From the NCBI GenBank assembly GCA_964187785.1, contig OZ076419.1:39804001-39868000 (forward strand): a stretch of DNA of 64,000 nt, written 5' to 3'. Shown one piece after another: positions 24,037-37,100 of the stretch (position 1 is its first letter; each line of letters begins with the position of its first letter). A model generated the notes under the pieces. It ran no database searches, was not told the DNA's origin, and saw nothing but the letters and a program-made list of their open reading frames with translations. The translations under genes were made by a program, and so were the position numbers. Source of the DNA: Amphiscolops sp. MND2022 (taxonomy: Eukaryota).

Positions 24037-25778
24037 TTTCCGTATAAATGAAAAACTTTGGAGTAGAAAAAAATTGGCGAAAAATTCTTCCTGGCACCGC
24101 TGCTTCTTTGTTTTTCATCACATTATGATAGATATTTTGTCATTTTTGACATGAGGACACTCTTGCATTGCCACTAAGCACGCTTCCTGACTATGTGGAC
24201 GACCTTCCATCGATTCTTTTTGAAATGGACTTCTCAATAGTTTTTTTCGAACGTATATTTGCTCTGACTTCTTCTCAGAAACACCAACTTAAAATGCTTC
24301 GCAACAAAACGTCATCGTCTGATTTTTCTTTCTTATCGTCCTCATCGCGTCAGACTGATCAAGCTCATCTTTTGTCCCTTTTTTGGTTAGTTTTGACGTG
24401 CAGCGACATGACCCTGCTCTCGAGGTACTCGGAAGGTTGGGATTCACAAGAGACCCCAGCAATCGAACTGTTTCAAAATTGAAATAAAACGGGATAAAAT
24501 TATTGATTATTTGTACGTTACATCATGAAAAGGTTTACATCATTTCTAGGAGCAACGTTCTCAAACACCGGGCGTTGCTATTTCATTGGAAACATCAACA
24601 AACAGAGCAAAAATTAACAAATAGAGACGGTTTCTATCAGTCGATTTTGCACTGGTTCTTCAATTATCAAAGTCGCCCGGAGTGTATCAAACGTCTCAGG
24701 TATACTTTGCGTTCGACGCAATCTATTTTGATCTGCTGTTTTTGCTGACTAGACAGCATCAGTTGTGCTACCTCATAGTATTCGTAATGACATTGAAATC
24801 AGTTTCCGGGAAACCGACCTGTCACTTTCTTTAGTTCTGAATTTTTAAAAAATCAGCTGCAGTGGCAAGACACTTGCAATATACCAAAAACCTTGCTTGT
24901 CTTGTAGCTCAAACCCTCCTTCGTACTTCTTCTGAACATAGAAGTTTCTGTAGAAGTGTTCGCCTTCTTCCTCTGTTTTGAAATAAGTAGGTGTCACAAC
25001 CCAGCTTATCGTCATTTATGATGTCAACCACATGATCATGATGACTTTCACTTTTAATGTTTTAGGAAGAACCATACCTGGTACAAGATTCCCTGATTTC
25101 CCAGGCAGTCGCGGAACATGTACTACTTTGCAAACATTAATTCAACTTCTGAGAGCCTAAATAGTTCACAACCCGGTGTTTTTGATGCAAGTAAAGCGAG
25201 CGGGACTCACGTCCGAACTAGGAAAAACCAAATGTGTGGACTCGTTCAGTTTTTCGAGCTTCCTGTGAAAACATTCAAAATTCACAAGACCGAAAAAAAC
25301 AACAACACTCATTTCGAAATTACAGCAAATTTGCAAATTTGTGCAAGATACTTCAAACATTTAAGCAGTTGTCAAATGACGTGTTCAGCAATATTGTTTC
25401 TTGGATAATCGATACCATCTTACTGGTAATTAGAACTCTTAAAATTGAGAAACTTTTGTGTGATGGCTTGAGAGCAATTTGAAATTTCAACCTACTCGTA
25501 CTTCGCTGTTGACAAAACTGCTACCCATTCACTGTCAAAAGCTCAGCTCAAGAACTTTCATAAAATATTTTGCGGTTTTCCAAAATGTCTTCGTTTATCA
25601 CAACCAACCTTGCCGTTTGCAAAAATTATCCTAATTTGTCCCTGTACGACCTTCCGATTGTCCTTGCAGCTTCTTTCACTTTTGGCAATGTTTTGTGTTA
25701 GATAAAATTAATCAATTATGCGCATACTAAGTCTGGACACAATCTTCGCAATTGTTCTCACTATCATCTTCATCAGCT

Positions 25779-27295
25779 TGTTACGACTCCGGTTAGAGTC
25801 GTTGTTCTGTACATTTCTGATTATTTTTAATGCTTTTTTGAAGGACATTCATCTTTTCTAGCTTCTCTTGATGAATAAATTTTCGGATTTATCAATTTTG
25901 AATTAAAGTTTGCAGAGTAATTGTTTTAACAAAACAAAGTAGAATTTGATACAAGACAGCAGATTGAATCAGAAATTGAATGAATAAGTTTACAGGTACA
26001 AGCTTTATATACCCTCCTAGCATCATCTGTTCATACTCGCGTACTTTAATTTCCATCGAAATATTAGTCACTTCCTGTAACTTTGCGGCAAAATTTTGAT
26101 CTTCGTCAGCATTTCGTCAATTTTTAAGACACGGCAATTCTAATCTAGTATTATTCATCAACCATGATCATATCATTTCATTCCGGCGTCCTTTTGTTTC
26201 CTCCCAAGCAGGAAGTAGATATTACTTCAGTCTGTCAAACCGGAAATATTTCCCCGTTTTTCTGCTTTGGTTCGTAAGAAACCGACGCCGAGATGACGCT
26301 GCCCTGAACAACTAATACCTGATTTTGAATTTTTACTTGAAGAAAATTATGCCTAGTTATTTTGATTTAGGCAATTTAGAGATGCTAAGAGAGTGACTGT
26401 TTACATGACGCTAAACAATTGAATATTTCAACAATTAACAAGTATTTATCTGATAAAAGTTGAGAGCAACACCTTTGAGCAACAATAAAAGACGACATGA
26501 CATCGTCAAACAGCCAATGAATTTATTAAGTTAGGTAATCAGAGCATAATTTATAAAACTTGCTTAGACTGCACTTCATTAACACAAATTGAAGATAAAC
26601 TGTGACTCTCCAATTTAAATAGTGTTAAAACACTGTTATTTTAAGTTAGTCTGAAAAATCCTGGCTTAAATACCATATTCCGTTCGAATTGAACCTTAGT
26701 CGACGCAATACTGACGTAGATTCAAAATTTGGTTTGGTTAGTTAAATTGTGATGTATTGTTGACGTTGATTCATAATCTAGCTTCGATTAGTTTTACCGT
26801 AGTAAAATAAAGCTCCTTTTAGTTTTAATACTGACTAAAACGCCTAATTTTATAAATTTGAGACGTAGAGTGGACGTAAATTTGGTATTAGACTTAGTCC
26901 TCCATTATAGTGGACGTAGCGTGGACGTAAATGTGGTATTTTGGATGGATTAAAACAGCTATTTTGATGGATTTGCGACGTAACGTGGACCTACGTTTTA
27001 GTATAAGACTTAGTCCGCCGATATAGTGGACGTAGTGTGGACGTAAATTTGGAATGAAAATTAGCTAGCTGCCATAGCTGTGACGTCATATCGTCGTCTG
27101 ATTTGGAATACTTTCTAGCTAGTTGCCAAGTTAGACGAGATGCTGACATCACATTTTGGAATGAAATTCTAGCTAGCTGCAATAGCTGTGACGTAGCGTA
27201 GTCGCGACGCAAATTCAATCGTATTGGCGAAGCGGTGACCTAGATTAGTTTTAGTTTGTTTTTAATTCAATCCTGTCCGGGCGCGGACTGTGACA
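25779..27295 (-). repeat. 3' LTR of element C
   Basis: TGTCACAGTCC...GTCGTAACA on the minus strand; preceded by GAGAGTGGCCC. Confidence 0.92.
26001..26015 (-). promoter_or_regulatory. TATA box of LTR C (also ~29276-29287; LTR B ~46461-46470)
   Basis: Minus strand reads GGAGGGTATATAAAG ~230 nt before the LTR end; the same context GATGCTAGGAGGGTATA occurs in LTR B. Confidence 0.6.
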
Positions 27296-28399
27296 GGGCC
27301 ACTCTCATAGGACGAATGGTTCTCGGGGGCTTGGTAAAATGAAAGAGATGATGATTCTTTAGTCCTACATGTTGACGTAGTTTCGTTCTTTTTGCGACAA
27401 GTAATTCCAATGATATGTCTCCGTTGTATTTTGCAGGAAAATGATTAAAATTCTACTGTCATCACTACGTATGTCCGGAAATGTGTGAAATTGTTTCGAA
27501 ATGTTTTAAGTTCTGAAATCATATATAAGTTAGATTTTGATGGTTTTAACTTGTCACAGTTTATTTCAGTTAATTAATATAGTCTAACTGTTTTCATACT
27601 GCACACATGATCACAGCCAAACTGCGCCTCTTGGCAACCACAATCCAGGCCGGGCGCGGACTGTGACAGGGCCACTCTCATGGGACGAAGATATCTCGTG
27701 GGGTTGTCGAAACTGAAGAGAGGATTGTTTTGGTTGTACGCTTTCCCAGAGGAATATGACATTTCTGGTACCACTCTGTAGTTCGGTATAGCACTCTTTG
27801 GGAGGTGGTAGAAGCTGTTTTTTAGTTCCTTTGTAGTCCCAGGTGTTGACATTTTGCCAACGTCACGTTTTTATTGGCCACGAATTAAATTAATTCGTTT
27901 GACCAAGTTGTCAACGTTTTGCTGACGTCAATTTCGTTAGCATAGCTAACTTTTGAATTTGTCACCGTTTTGATGACGTCATTATAGATTATAGGATTAA
28001 TTCTTAACCCTGATAACCTTTGTGTCGAGGTTATGCCGACGTCAATTTCGTTGGTAATTAGCCAACTTTAGGTTTTGTCACCGTTTTGATGACGTCATTA
28101 TTTATGGGCTGTTTGAACCCGGTCATTCTCAGATCCATATGATCTTGGAAGACCATGATGTGCAAAGTGATAATAAGGCTCATTTTTGTGCTCTGAGAGA
28201 TGCGCGTATTAGTGACGCCGGCGCGCTGGTTATTCAACAACCCTTAGGTTTGTTACATTCCCCGTTCCATTGAACTTTTGTGTTTAATACTTATGATAGA
28301 GTGGCCTACTCTATCAGTATTTCCACAGCTTAGATTTTCTGACGCGTCTCATTGGAAATGTGTGCTTCAGCGACTATGTCATTGTCATCTTTCTAACGC

Positions 28400-28880
28400 A
28401 CAACTCAGCAACAGGAAGATTCTACTTTTTTGAACTTAAGGATGTGAAATAATTTACCTGTCTCTGGAATCACCCAGAGAGCATGTTGCCAGCTTTTGGA
28501 ACCACGTGTTGTGGTATTCGATGTCCTCGACAAGTGTTGGACTGCATCTGACGATGTACTGATGGGATAGTTGTGGTTGTTGCAGTCGTCGAATTTCAAC
28601 TCGTGTAACATCAGTGGGTCAACAAGTCTCCATTTACCGTTTGGGTTGCGTTGCTCAATTATTGGGTTTGCGGGTTTGAAGAAAGGGAGGGTCGTAGTTA
28701 TCGTGTATTTCTGCATAGGTGCAAGTGCGTCTGTGAGGTCTGCTATGAGATTGATGGGTTCTGGCGAGTCTTTGTATGTAGACGGAGCTGTAGTTCTTCT
28801 GGGTTAATTTCACTTTGAAAATGTTGTTGATTCCAATATCGTTTTTTGGTGAATCTGCGTCTTGGGTCAAGATTCTCACG
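28400..28880 (-). pseudogene. Reverse transcriptase N-terminal remnant in element C
   Basis: YTITTTLPFFKPANPIIEQRNPNGKWRLVD...NHNYPIST.SDAVQHLS resembles the RT starts of elements A and B. Confidence 0.8.
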
Positions 28881-29039
28881 GTCGACGAGTTCGCGAAGTT
28901 TCTTTGACAATTTGGCGTAGGGTTGGTGTAGGTTTATTTTCATTTCCGTGGCGAAGAGCATACACAATGTGGAGGGACGATGTTTGGACGGTAGTTTATG
29001 CTGAGGTTTTCTTGGGCACATTTGTTGAAAGGTCCAAAA

Positions 29040-29051
29040 CTCCTGTCACCA
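29040..29051 (-). promoter_or_regulatory. Primer binding site of element C (TGGTGACAGGAG)
   Basis: Directly abuts the 5' LTR end; begins TGG, complementary to tRNA CCA. Confidence 0.85.
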
Positions 29052-30426
29052 TGTTACGACTCCGGTTAGAGTCGTTGTTCTGTACATTTCTGATTATTTC
29101 TGTTGCTTTTTTGAATGACATTCATCTTTTCTAGCTTCTCTTGATGGAAAAATTTTCGGATTTATCAATTTTGAATTAAAGTTTGCAGAGTAATTGTTTT
29201 AACAAAACAAAGTAGAATTTGATACAATACAGCAGATTGAATCAGAAATTGAATGAATAAGTGTACAGGTACAAACTTTATATACCCTCCTAGCATCATA
29301 CTTTAATTTCCATCGAGATATTAGTCACTTCATGTAACTTTGCGGCAAAATTTTGATCTTCGTCAGCATTTCGTCATATTTTAAGACACGGCAATTCTAA
29401 TCTAGTATTAGTCATCAACCATGATCATATCATTTCATTCCGGCGTCCTTTTGTTTCCTCCCAAGCAGGAAGTAGATATTACTTCAGTCTGTCAAACCGG
29501 AAATATTTCCCCGTTTTTCTGCTTTGGTTCGTAAGAAACCGACGCTGAGATGACGCTGCCCTGAACAACTAATACCTGATTTTGAATTTTTACTTGAAGA
29601 AAATTATGCCTAATTATTTTGATTTAGGCAATTTAGAGATGCTAAGAGAGTGACTGATTTACATGGAGGATAAACAATTGATTATTTCAACAATTAACAA
29701 ATATTTATTTGATAAAAGTTGAGAGCAACACCTTTGAGCAACAATAAAAGACGACATGACATCGTCAAACAGCCAATGAATTTATTAGGTTAGGTAATCA
29801 GAGCATAATTTAAAAAACTTGCTTAGACTGCACTTCATTAACACAAATTGAAGATAAACTGTGACTCTCCAATTTAAATAGTGTTAAAATACTGTTATTT
29901 TAAGTTAGTCTGAAAAATCCTGGCTTAAATACCATATTCCGTTCGAATTGAATCTTAGTCGACGCAATACTGACGTAGATTCAAATATTGGTTTGATTAG
30001 TTAAATTGTGACGTAGTGTTGACGTTGATTCATATTCTAGCTTCGATTAGTTTTACCGTAGTGAAATAAAGCTCCTTTTAATTTTAATACTGACTAAAAC
30101 GCCTAATTTTAAAAATTTGGGACGTATAGTGGACGTAAATTTGGCATTAGACTTAGTCCTCCATTATAGTGGACGTAGCGTGGAATGAAAATTAGCTAGC
30201 TGCCATAGCTGTGACGTCATATCGTCGTCTGATTTAGAATACTTTCTAGCTAGTTGCCAAGTTAGACGAGATGCTGACGTCACATTTTGGAATGAAATTC
30301 TAGCTAGCTGCAATAGCCGTGACGTAGCGTAGTCGCGACGCAATTTCAATCGTATTGGCGAAGCCGTGACCTAGATTAGTTTTAGTTTGTTTTTAATTCA
30401 ATCCTGTCCGGACGCGGACTGTGACA
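29052..30426 (-). repeat. 5' LTR of element C
   Basis: Direct-repeat partner of 25779-27295, lacking one internal U3 duplication. Confidence 0.92.
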
Positions 30427-31586
30427 CAGCTTTTCTCTTATCAAAGAACCACTGGACAAAGAATCGTATCAGTGGATGTTGCCTTGCAATAAAACCATAC
30501 CCACCATGTTTCTACCGAGTGAAAGGGTAAAAATGAATTGTGCCTTTGGCAGCTTCTTCTTGAATCAACAAAGCAAACGTAGCTGCCTGGATAATTTTTC
30601 CTGTAGTGTACAAGACTATCTTTCCACTTGGCGTATGTTTTTTATGATGGCGATGCATTGTTTCCTTCTGGAAGAAACCCAGGCCGATACGACATGGGGC
30701 AAAGGTGTTAGCTGTTGGATTTTCATCCATATTGCGATCCCCGGCAACAAACAACAAATATTCTCTCGAATTTTGTCAAAGCGATGTGGTAATTTCAGAG
30801 TTGTTCGTAGACAAAGTGAGTGATAGCCTTCTCTGTCCCCAATTTCTCAGTTTGAAATATGTTTGCGCCATTTCCGTACCTTCTTCAAGTTCCTTGACTT
30901 CATCGTTTTTTTCTTTCAAGGTTTGAAGCCTACCGTTTTTGGCCATGAACTTTCTCCACATGAAGTCTAGTTTGTCTGTCATTCTTCATAGCAACTTGGA
31001 CTTTGATCTGCCGGAGAAACTTAGAATTAAATTGCCATTGTCCACGTTTTTCGACGTTTTCCTCTTTCATGAGTTTTATTTCATGATTTCCTTGTTATCT
31101 GATATCAGTTGAAGTTGAAACGGCAGCTCACTGGTAACTGCTCCCCCTAATCTGACTGATACCTTTTGTATCCAGAACATCTTAGCTTTTCACAATGAAG
31201 AAGTCAGTTCCTTTTTTGCTCATGTTTGCTCCAGTTTGGTTCATTTTGGTTTGTTGTATCATTTTCGTCATGACCCACATTCTCCTCGTCATCATCATCT
31301 TTTACAGACGTGAATATTTCGCCTGAGAAGCTGGGAGAATCGTCAGTAGAATTGTCACTGGTCCCATTGGACGATCAGGACTACCATTCTTCTTTGGTTC
31401 CGCATCCTCCGGACACAGACTTTTTGCTTTTTCAGGTTTCAGTTTCTGGTTACGTGCGTCGGCCATTTTAAAGACACGGTTGTTGCGTCGCTGATTATCA
31501 AATGCTTAGAACAATTCACTTTTTTTGCGCTTCACTTCCAATGTGTTTTTGGCGCAACAAGAAACAAAGTTTCAAGGAAACACATG

Positions 31587-33100
31587 TGTAACAGCCTAGA
31601 GCTTGTATGGGTCCGTGGTGCATCGATGACGGCAAATGTCTCACCCATCTTTGGAGAACCTATGCAGAGACCCATTACTTCATAAGACTTATTTCACGTA
31701 AACTTATGGATAACTTTTGAATACCAGCAATGTTGGAATTCATTTATTGTTACAGTTATTAATAACTTGTTGAATGATGCTGATTTACAAATTAATCCAT
31801 GTACATTACAAGTGATTGATATATTTCTTACATTGTATCACGTTACATGAAACCTCATGAATTGAATGAATTATGCAGGACTCTCATGAAGCATTAGTGC
31901 GTACGAATTTAGACATTTATCTTATCTGCTGCAATGAGTTTACAGCAAATTGCAGTATAATTTCACTCTGTCGATATTTTTGATTGTGACATTTAAAAGC
32001 ATGACTCATCATTTTAATCCAATTGCGAGTGTAGTATTATGTTGACGTTAACATTTGTGCTGATTATGACTCATTCTGCATGTTACTACAAAGTTTCATT
32101 AACGCCAAACAGATTGGTGCCGTTAATACGCTGAGTGAGGCAGCCAGTCAGAATGTAGATTAACAAATGTCTTTCAAGAATTTAATTATAAATATGACGT
32201 AATACGTAAACCAATTTTATCTTGAACTAATAATGAGGCGCTATTATTAGTTACTACGTCTTTATGATGTAACCATGACACTGCAAAAAATGGTTGTCAT
32301 GTTACTAAATATAGACCCTAAGAACAAGGAGAGTTAAGAGCTCATAAAGAATTCATACCAACGAAATTCGCTGAACTGCTCAGTTCCAATTTCTCACTCC
32401 TCAATCTTTCATTTTCTTATTTTGATAATTTGATGTTATATGCATCTTCTTCAACTCTGTATTTGACTGTCTTATATCATCTTTCAACTTAATTAAAATT
32501 CTTCTCTCCAACAAACAACATTTTCACCTAATTGAGATGGGGAATAAAAAAAATAGGAGGTCCAGACATGCACAGTCACCCTCACTTGAGAGAGACTTGA
32601 GCGCATCTGAAAGTGAAACGTCAAAAAACAATGAGACTTTTATTGAAACTCTTAGTAAATTTGAAAATGTTGGTTCAGCTAGGGAATGAGAAACAGCATT
32701 AGTAAGTGGTTCTCAAAACGAGGATGATATACAAGTATGGACCCAAAGATTAACCGAAAAGACAAATAAGGAAGTATCAGACCTAAGGAAAGAAATGAAT
32801 GAAAAATTGGAGAATATGTTGGAGGAGATGAAAAATAGCAGAAGAGCACAATCTCTGACAAATAGAAGATACCAAGAGCAAAACACGCCTCAAGCAAAAA
32901 CCTCCAAAACCAAAAACACCAAAGACGATGAAGCAAAAACATCTGAACCAGAAGATCAAAAAAGCGAAATACAGGATAGTCTTTTCGAGCCATCGAATAT
33001 GAATGAATATAAAACATCGATGGCCCTTTGAATATACAAAACATCGATTTGAATGACTCTGTGGTTATAAATGAGGACCGTATAAGAGAGGATTATCACA
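31587..33100 (+). repeat. 5' LTR of element A (1514 bp)
   Basis: TGTAACAGCC...GATTATCACA followed by the PBS. Confidence 0.92.
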
Positions 33101-33112
33101 TGGTGACAGGAG
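33101..33112 (+). promoter_or_regulatory. Primer binding site of element A (TGGTGACAGGAG)
   Basis: Immediately follows the LTR ...TCACA. Confidence 0.88.
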
Positions 33113-34146
33113 CTACCAAACCACTTCATCGTCAAAGATCAAACAATACAACAACTACACACAATGAACATCTGATTGCTGAACCACTCAATACTCAGCA
33201 CGACCCCGTTAACCAAAGAGCGATGGCTATTGAGAAACTAGCAAGCCGCAACACAACCATCACTCTTTCACCCAAAAAATACACTTTTTTTAACGGCAAA
33301 AACGAGAATTTTGGTTCTTTTGAAGATCTTTTCCACGAAACACTCAGAATGCAACCCACAATAACTGAGGAAGTGAAAATATATCATTTCCACGCACATT
33401 TGCGTGGACTACCATTGAAATTATTCAAAAATATCCAACGAGCACCAACAAGTACGAGTGAAGATATTCTCGTAGTGTTCCGAAAAAAATACGTTAAGCC
33501 CGACTCAAGTCCGTCAGCAAAACATAGATTTCATCGCTTGGTATTTGACCCGGAACGCCAGAAACTACAGGATTTCCTCGAGGAACTGCAAGAAAGCGCA
33601 GAAAAGGCCTTTGGTGACATAGCATCCCAAATGATAGGAAATCTATTATATACAAAAGCCACCACATTTGAAAAGGTCTATTAATCAAGCTTATCTTGAA
33701 AATGGAACGTATGAACAAATAGTCCGACATCTCGAACGTGAGATGGAATTGCACGGACTTGTGTCAGAAGACACAGGCGTCAAAACACAAATGACAGTAA
33801 TAAAAAAACAATCAGAAGACAAAACAACACAACCAAAAACAGTGCCCAACAACGCATTACAAGACGACCAATGTCTATATTGTAAGGACACAGGGCACAA
33901 AGCAGCAGACTGCGCAAAGCTAGCAAAACGCCGTAAGCTTGAAGAAGACACTGACGTCGCAGGATAAACGCATTGTAACGCACTAGGACACAAAAAACCA
34001 ACATGCTACTTCGGAGCAAAGTTGGAAAACCGTCTTCCGAAGTGGACATTAACAAAAGCACTGAAAAAACACATTGAAAGCTATAAAAGTTCCCACAAAC
34101 ACATCAACGCGAAAGCACCCCGACAACAACATTCATCAACGAAGGA

Positions 34147-34153
34147 TTTAAAC
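34147..34153 (+). promoter_or_regulatory. -1 ribosomal frameshift slippery site T_TTA_AAC at the gag/pol junction
   Basis: GAT TTA AAC TAA: an X XXY YYZ heptamer in the gag frame directly before the gag stop. Confidence 0.75.
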
Positions 34154-34159
34154 TAATAA

Positions 34160-37100
34160 AGCCACGCCCCACAAAATCTTAGGAGAAAGATGACTGGAAG
34201 CATGCAACTCCTCATTCAATAAAAACAAATACTTTCACACATTATACTGACTCACAGACTCAAGAAACTCAACAAAACGAATCAGAGAAGGAATTGTATG
34301 AAATATACAGAGACCCCCCTGACAGATACACAACCACAACTCCTGATAAAAATAACGACGAAACCTCAAACAACCTGTATGAATCTGAACACGGAGATTA
34401 CCACAAAAATTACCAGAAACTCTTCCAAAAAACTATGTTGAACCTCTACAAGCACGAGACCTATCCGAAATACCAACTGAAACTGCATTAAATACAAAAA
34501 TTACCCCTCATAGATGATGATCTCCAAAATCACCTGACAATTAACAAAGAAACATACATCCCTATTCGCCTTTTATTAAAGAACCTCAGGCTCAAAAGTG
34601 AACGTCCTATGTAATACTTGCCAATGGATTTCGAAAAACTTACACTTGACAGTTTAATTGATACTGGAGCTCTCACGAGAGCTATATCAGAACAAGATCT
34701 TCATAAAATCGAACTACTCGCACCAAAAGCAATATCAGACACTGGTCCTGAACCAAATTTCCAAATAATGGTATCAAATGGACAATTAGAAGCACCAATT
34801 GGAACAGTCAGCCTCACATTTGAAGTGGCAGATTTTATGTTCAAAGAAAGTTTCATCGTCATGAAAGTCTTACCGAAACCCTTAATTGGACTTTGTTTCT
34901 GAAAGAGGAACAATGCCATTTTCGACATCCGACAAGGAGTATTGACTTTCCCACACTTATCAATGCAACTGAAACACGAAAACAATCTTCCAACACGACT
35001 ATCAACACCACTACTCGCAGAAGCAACATACAGACTGCAATCGGGTGAAACGATGCTTTTTGCAAGAAGAATGCCACACTTAATTGATCATGATGCAACA
35101 GGCATAGTAACGCCATCTGCGCGTTGAAGATCATGACACACTCTTTTATCTGCACAGTTAACAAAAACGCAGTAGGATATCAAATCTGTAATTTCTCGGA
35201 AATACCATATACAATCACAACCGACACACATCGAGCCGACTTCCCGAACAGTTAAAATTCATCAAACCAATCAATCCTTCAACACTAACACTCATCATGC
35301 ATCAACATACTGAAGTTACGAGGTATATCTTAACAAACTTCCTAAAGTAAACAACAAAGAAGACAAAACAGAACAGTACTGGTTTCCACCAACAGAACAA
35401 CCAGGAGATCCCACAAAATACACACCCATCCAAAATCGAATATTTGATGAACTAGTGCAACTACAAACACTAGAAAAACTCAACCCACAGGACGACGAAC
35501 AATGACGCAAAACAATCCTTGACAGTTTTGATTGGAGTGACACAACACTTACACATTTCGAACGACAAAAGTGGAAGAACTGCTGGTTGAATTAGACCAT
35601 ATTTTCACCCGACACAGGTTTGACATCGGAACAAGTAGAGAATTCAAAGTCAAACTCACAGCAAATGATGACCGAACAGCATAATATAGCCAATGTGTTC
35701 CAACTCCGATCAACCTAAAGGATGACATCACGGTAGAACTTGCCCTACTTCACAAGTATGGTATGATAACAACCCTACCTTTTTACTAAATATGCAAGGC
35801 TTTTTTCGCGCAACGAAACGCTAACGGCCGCTTACGACTGTTAGTGGACCTGCGCAAAATAAACAATCTTATCTCAGTAAACAACAACCACCCAGTCAGT
35901 ACACTTTCCGATGCAGCCCAACATATGGCAGGAAAGAAATTATTTTGTAAACTTGACTGTTCACAAGCGCACCACTGCCTTCAGGTGGCAGATTATCAAT
36001 CATTCCAAACATTGGCCTTCAACTTCGCTAGCCGAACTTTCGCGTATCGGCGATTAGCACAAGGCCTTAGTCAATCACTATCAGCATTCTCCAGTTTTAT
36101 TCGAGAAAATTTAGACACCCTCATCAAAGAAGATTAGTTCGCCCATTACGTTGATGATATCGGAATCGCAGCGACCACAGTGGCACAACTGTGTATAAAC
36201 ATCGGAGCAGCCTTCGAATGTAAACGGAACGCAGGTCTGAAGTTGTCAATGTCAAAATGCCATTTTGGAGTGAAGCAAGTCGACTTTCTAGGAAGGACAA
36301 TCAACCCTGAAGGAGTTTCTCCCCAAGTCGATAAAGTCAAAAACTTCCCAGCTAAACTCAAATTCCCCAAAATTTAAAAAGAGTCTTCAAAGGTATAATA
36401 GTTTTCTGAATTGTTACAGAAATTTTATGCCGCGCCTTTCTGAACGACTTACCCCTTTCTTTAAACTATTGCAGGCAATCTCCTCCTTCAATCGTGCCAA
36501 ATGGCACTCAAACAACCACGAAAAGACAAACAACTAATCCTCATGTCAGATGCAATCTTCACAACCGCAGGATATGCGATCATGATTGAAGACGATCCCC
36601 AACAAAAACTACAATCAAAGCGCAAAACATATGCCCAAATAGTCTTCGGCTCAAAAACCTTAAATCCAACGCAATTGAAAATGTCAATATACGCAAAGGA
36701 GTTTTTGGCAAGCTTCTTCGCGTTCTCCGAATTTGAACATCTTATGTGGGGAAGTACTTTTCCTGTAATTGATTTCACTGAAAAGCGAGAAGTTACGCGT
36801 TCCTTCCAAACAAATATCATTCCCCCGCTTTATGGAATGCCTGCGACTACGTCCTGCAGTACAATTTCGTCATCGCAGGAGCTACGAACACGGCCGCAGA
36901 CTTTTTGTCGCGAACGGAAATCAATCCAACAGAAAAACTAGAAATGACTCTACGCAACGACATACAAACAAAAGCTATCTTAATATTCAATCCTCTGTCA
37001 TTGCAGAAGAAGAACAATTTAATCTTTATCCGGACGATTAACTCGATGAAATCGATGATGAAAATTAAATAACGGAAATACAAAACTTTCATTAACCCAC

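Larger units (their letters stand above)
25779..30426 (-). mobile_element. Non-autonomous, internally deleted Gypsy LTR retrotransposon, family C
   Basis: Two LTRs ~95% alike by eye, perfect TSD CAGCT (25774-78 and 30427-31), PBS, and a ~1.75-kb interior with only RT and integrase scraps. Confidence 0.93.
32537..34156 (+). pseudogene. gag: gag of element A, starting inside the 5' LTR; stops and frameshifts
   Basis: MGNKK... at 32537, frame reads through the PBS (DYH-MVTG); capsid-like FEDLFHETLRMQP...FHAHLRG; zinc knuckle CLYCKDTGHKAADC. Confidence 0.85.

Noticed and set aside
24100-25770. Host exons or transposase between the solo LTR and element C
   Set aside because: No consistent splice phase or protein motif found.
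30476-31450. piggyBac or other transposase remnant
   Set aside because: An acidic leader and coding-like fragments are present, but no diagnostic motif could be recovered in any frame.
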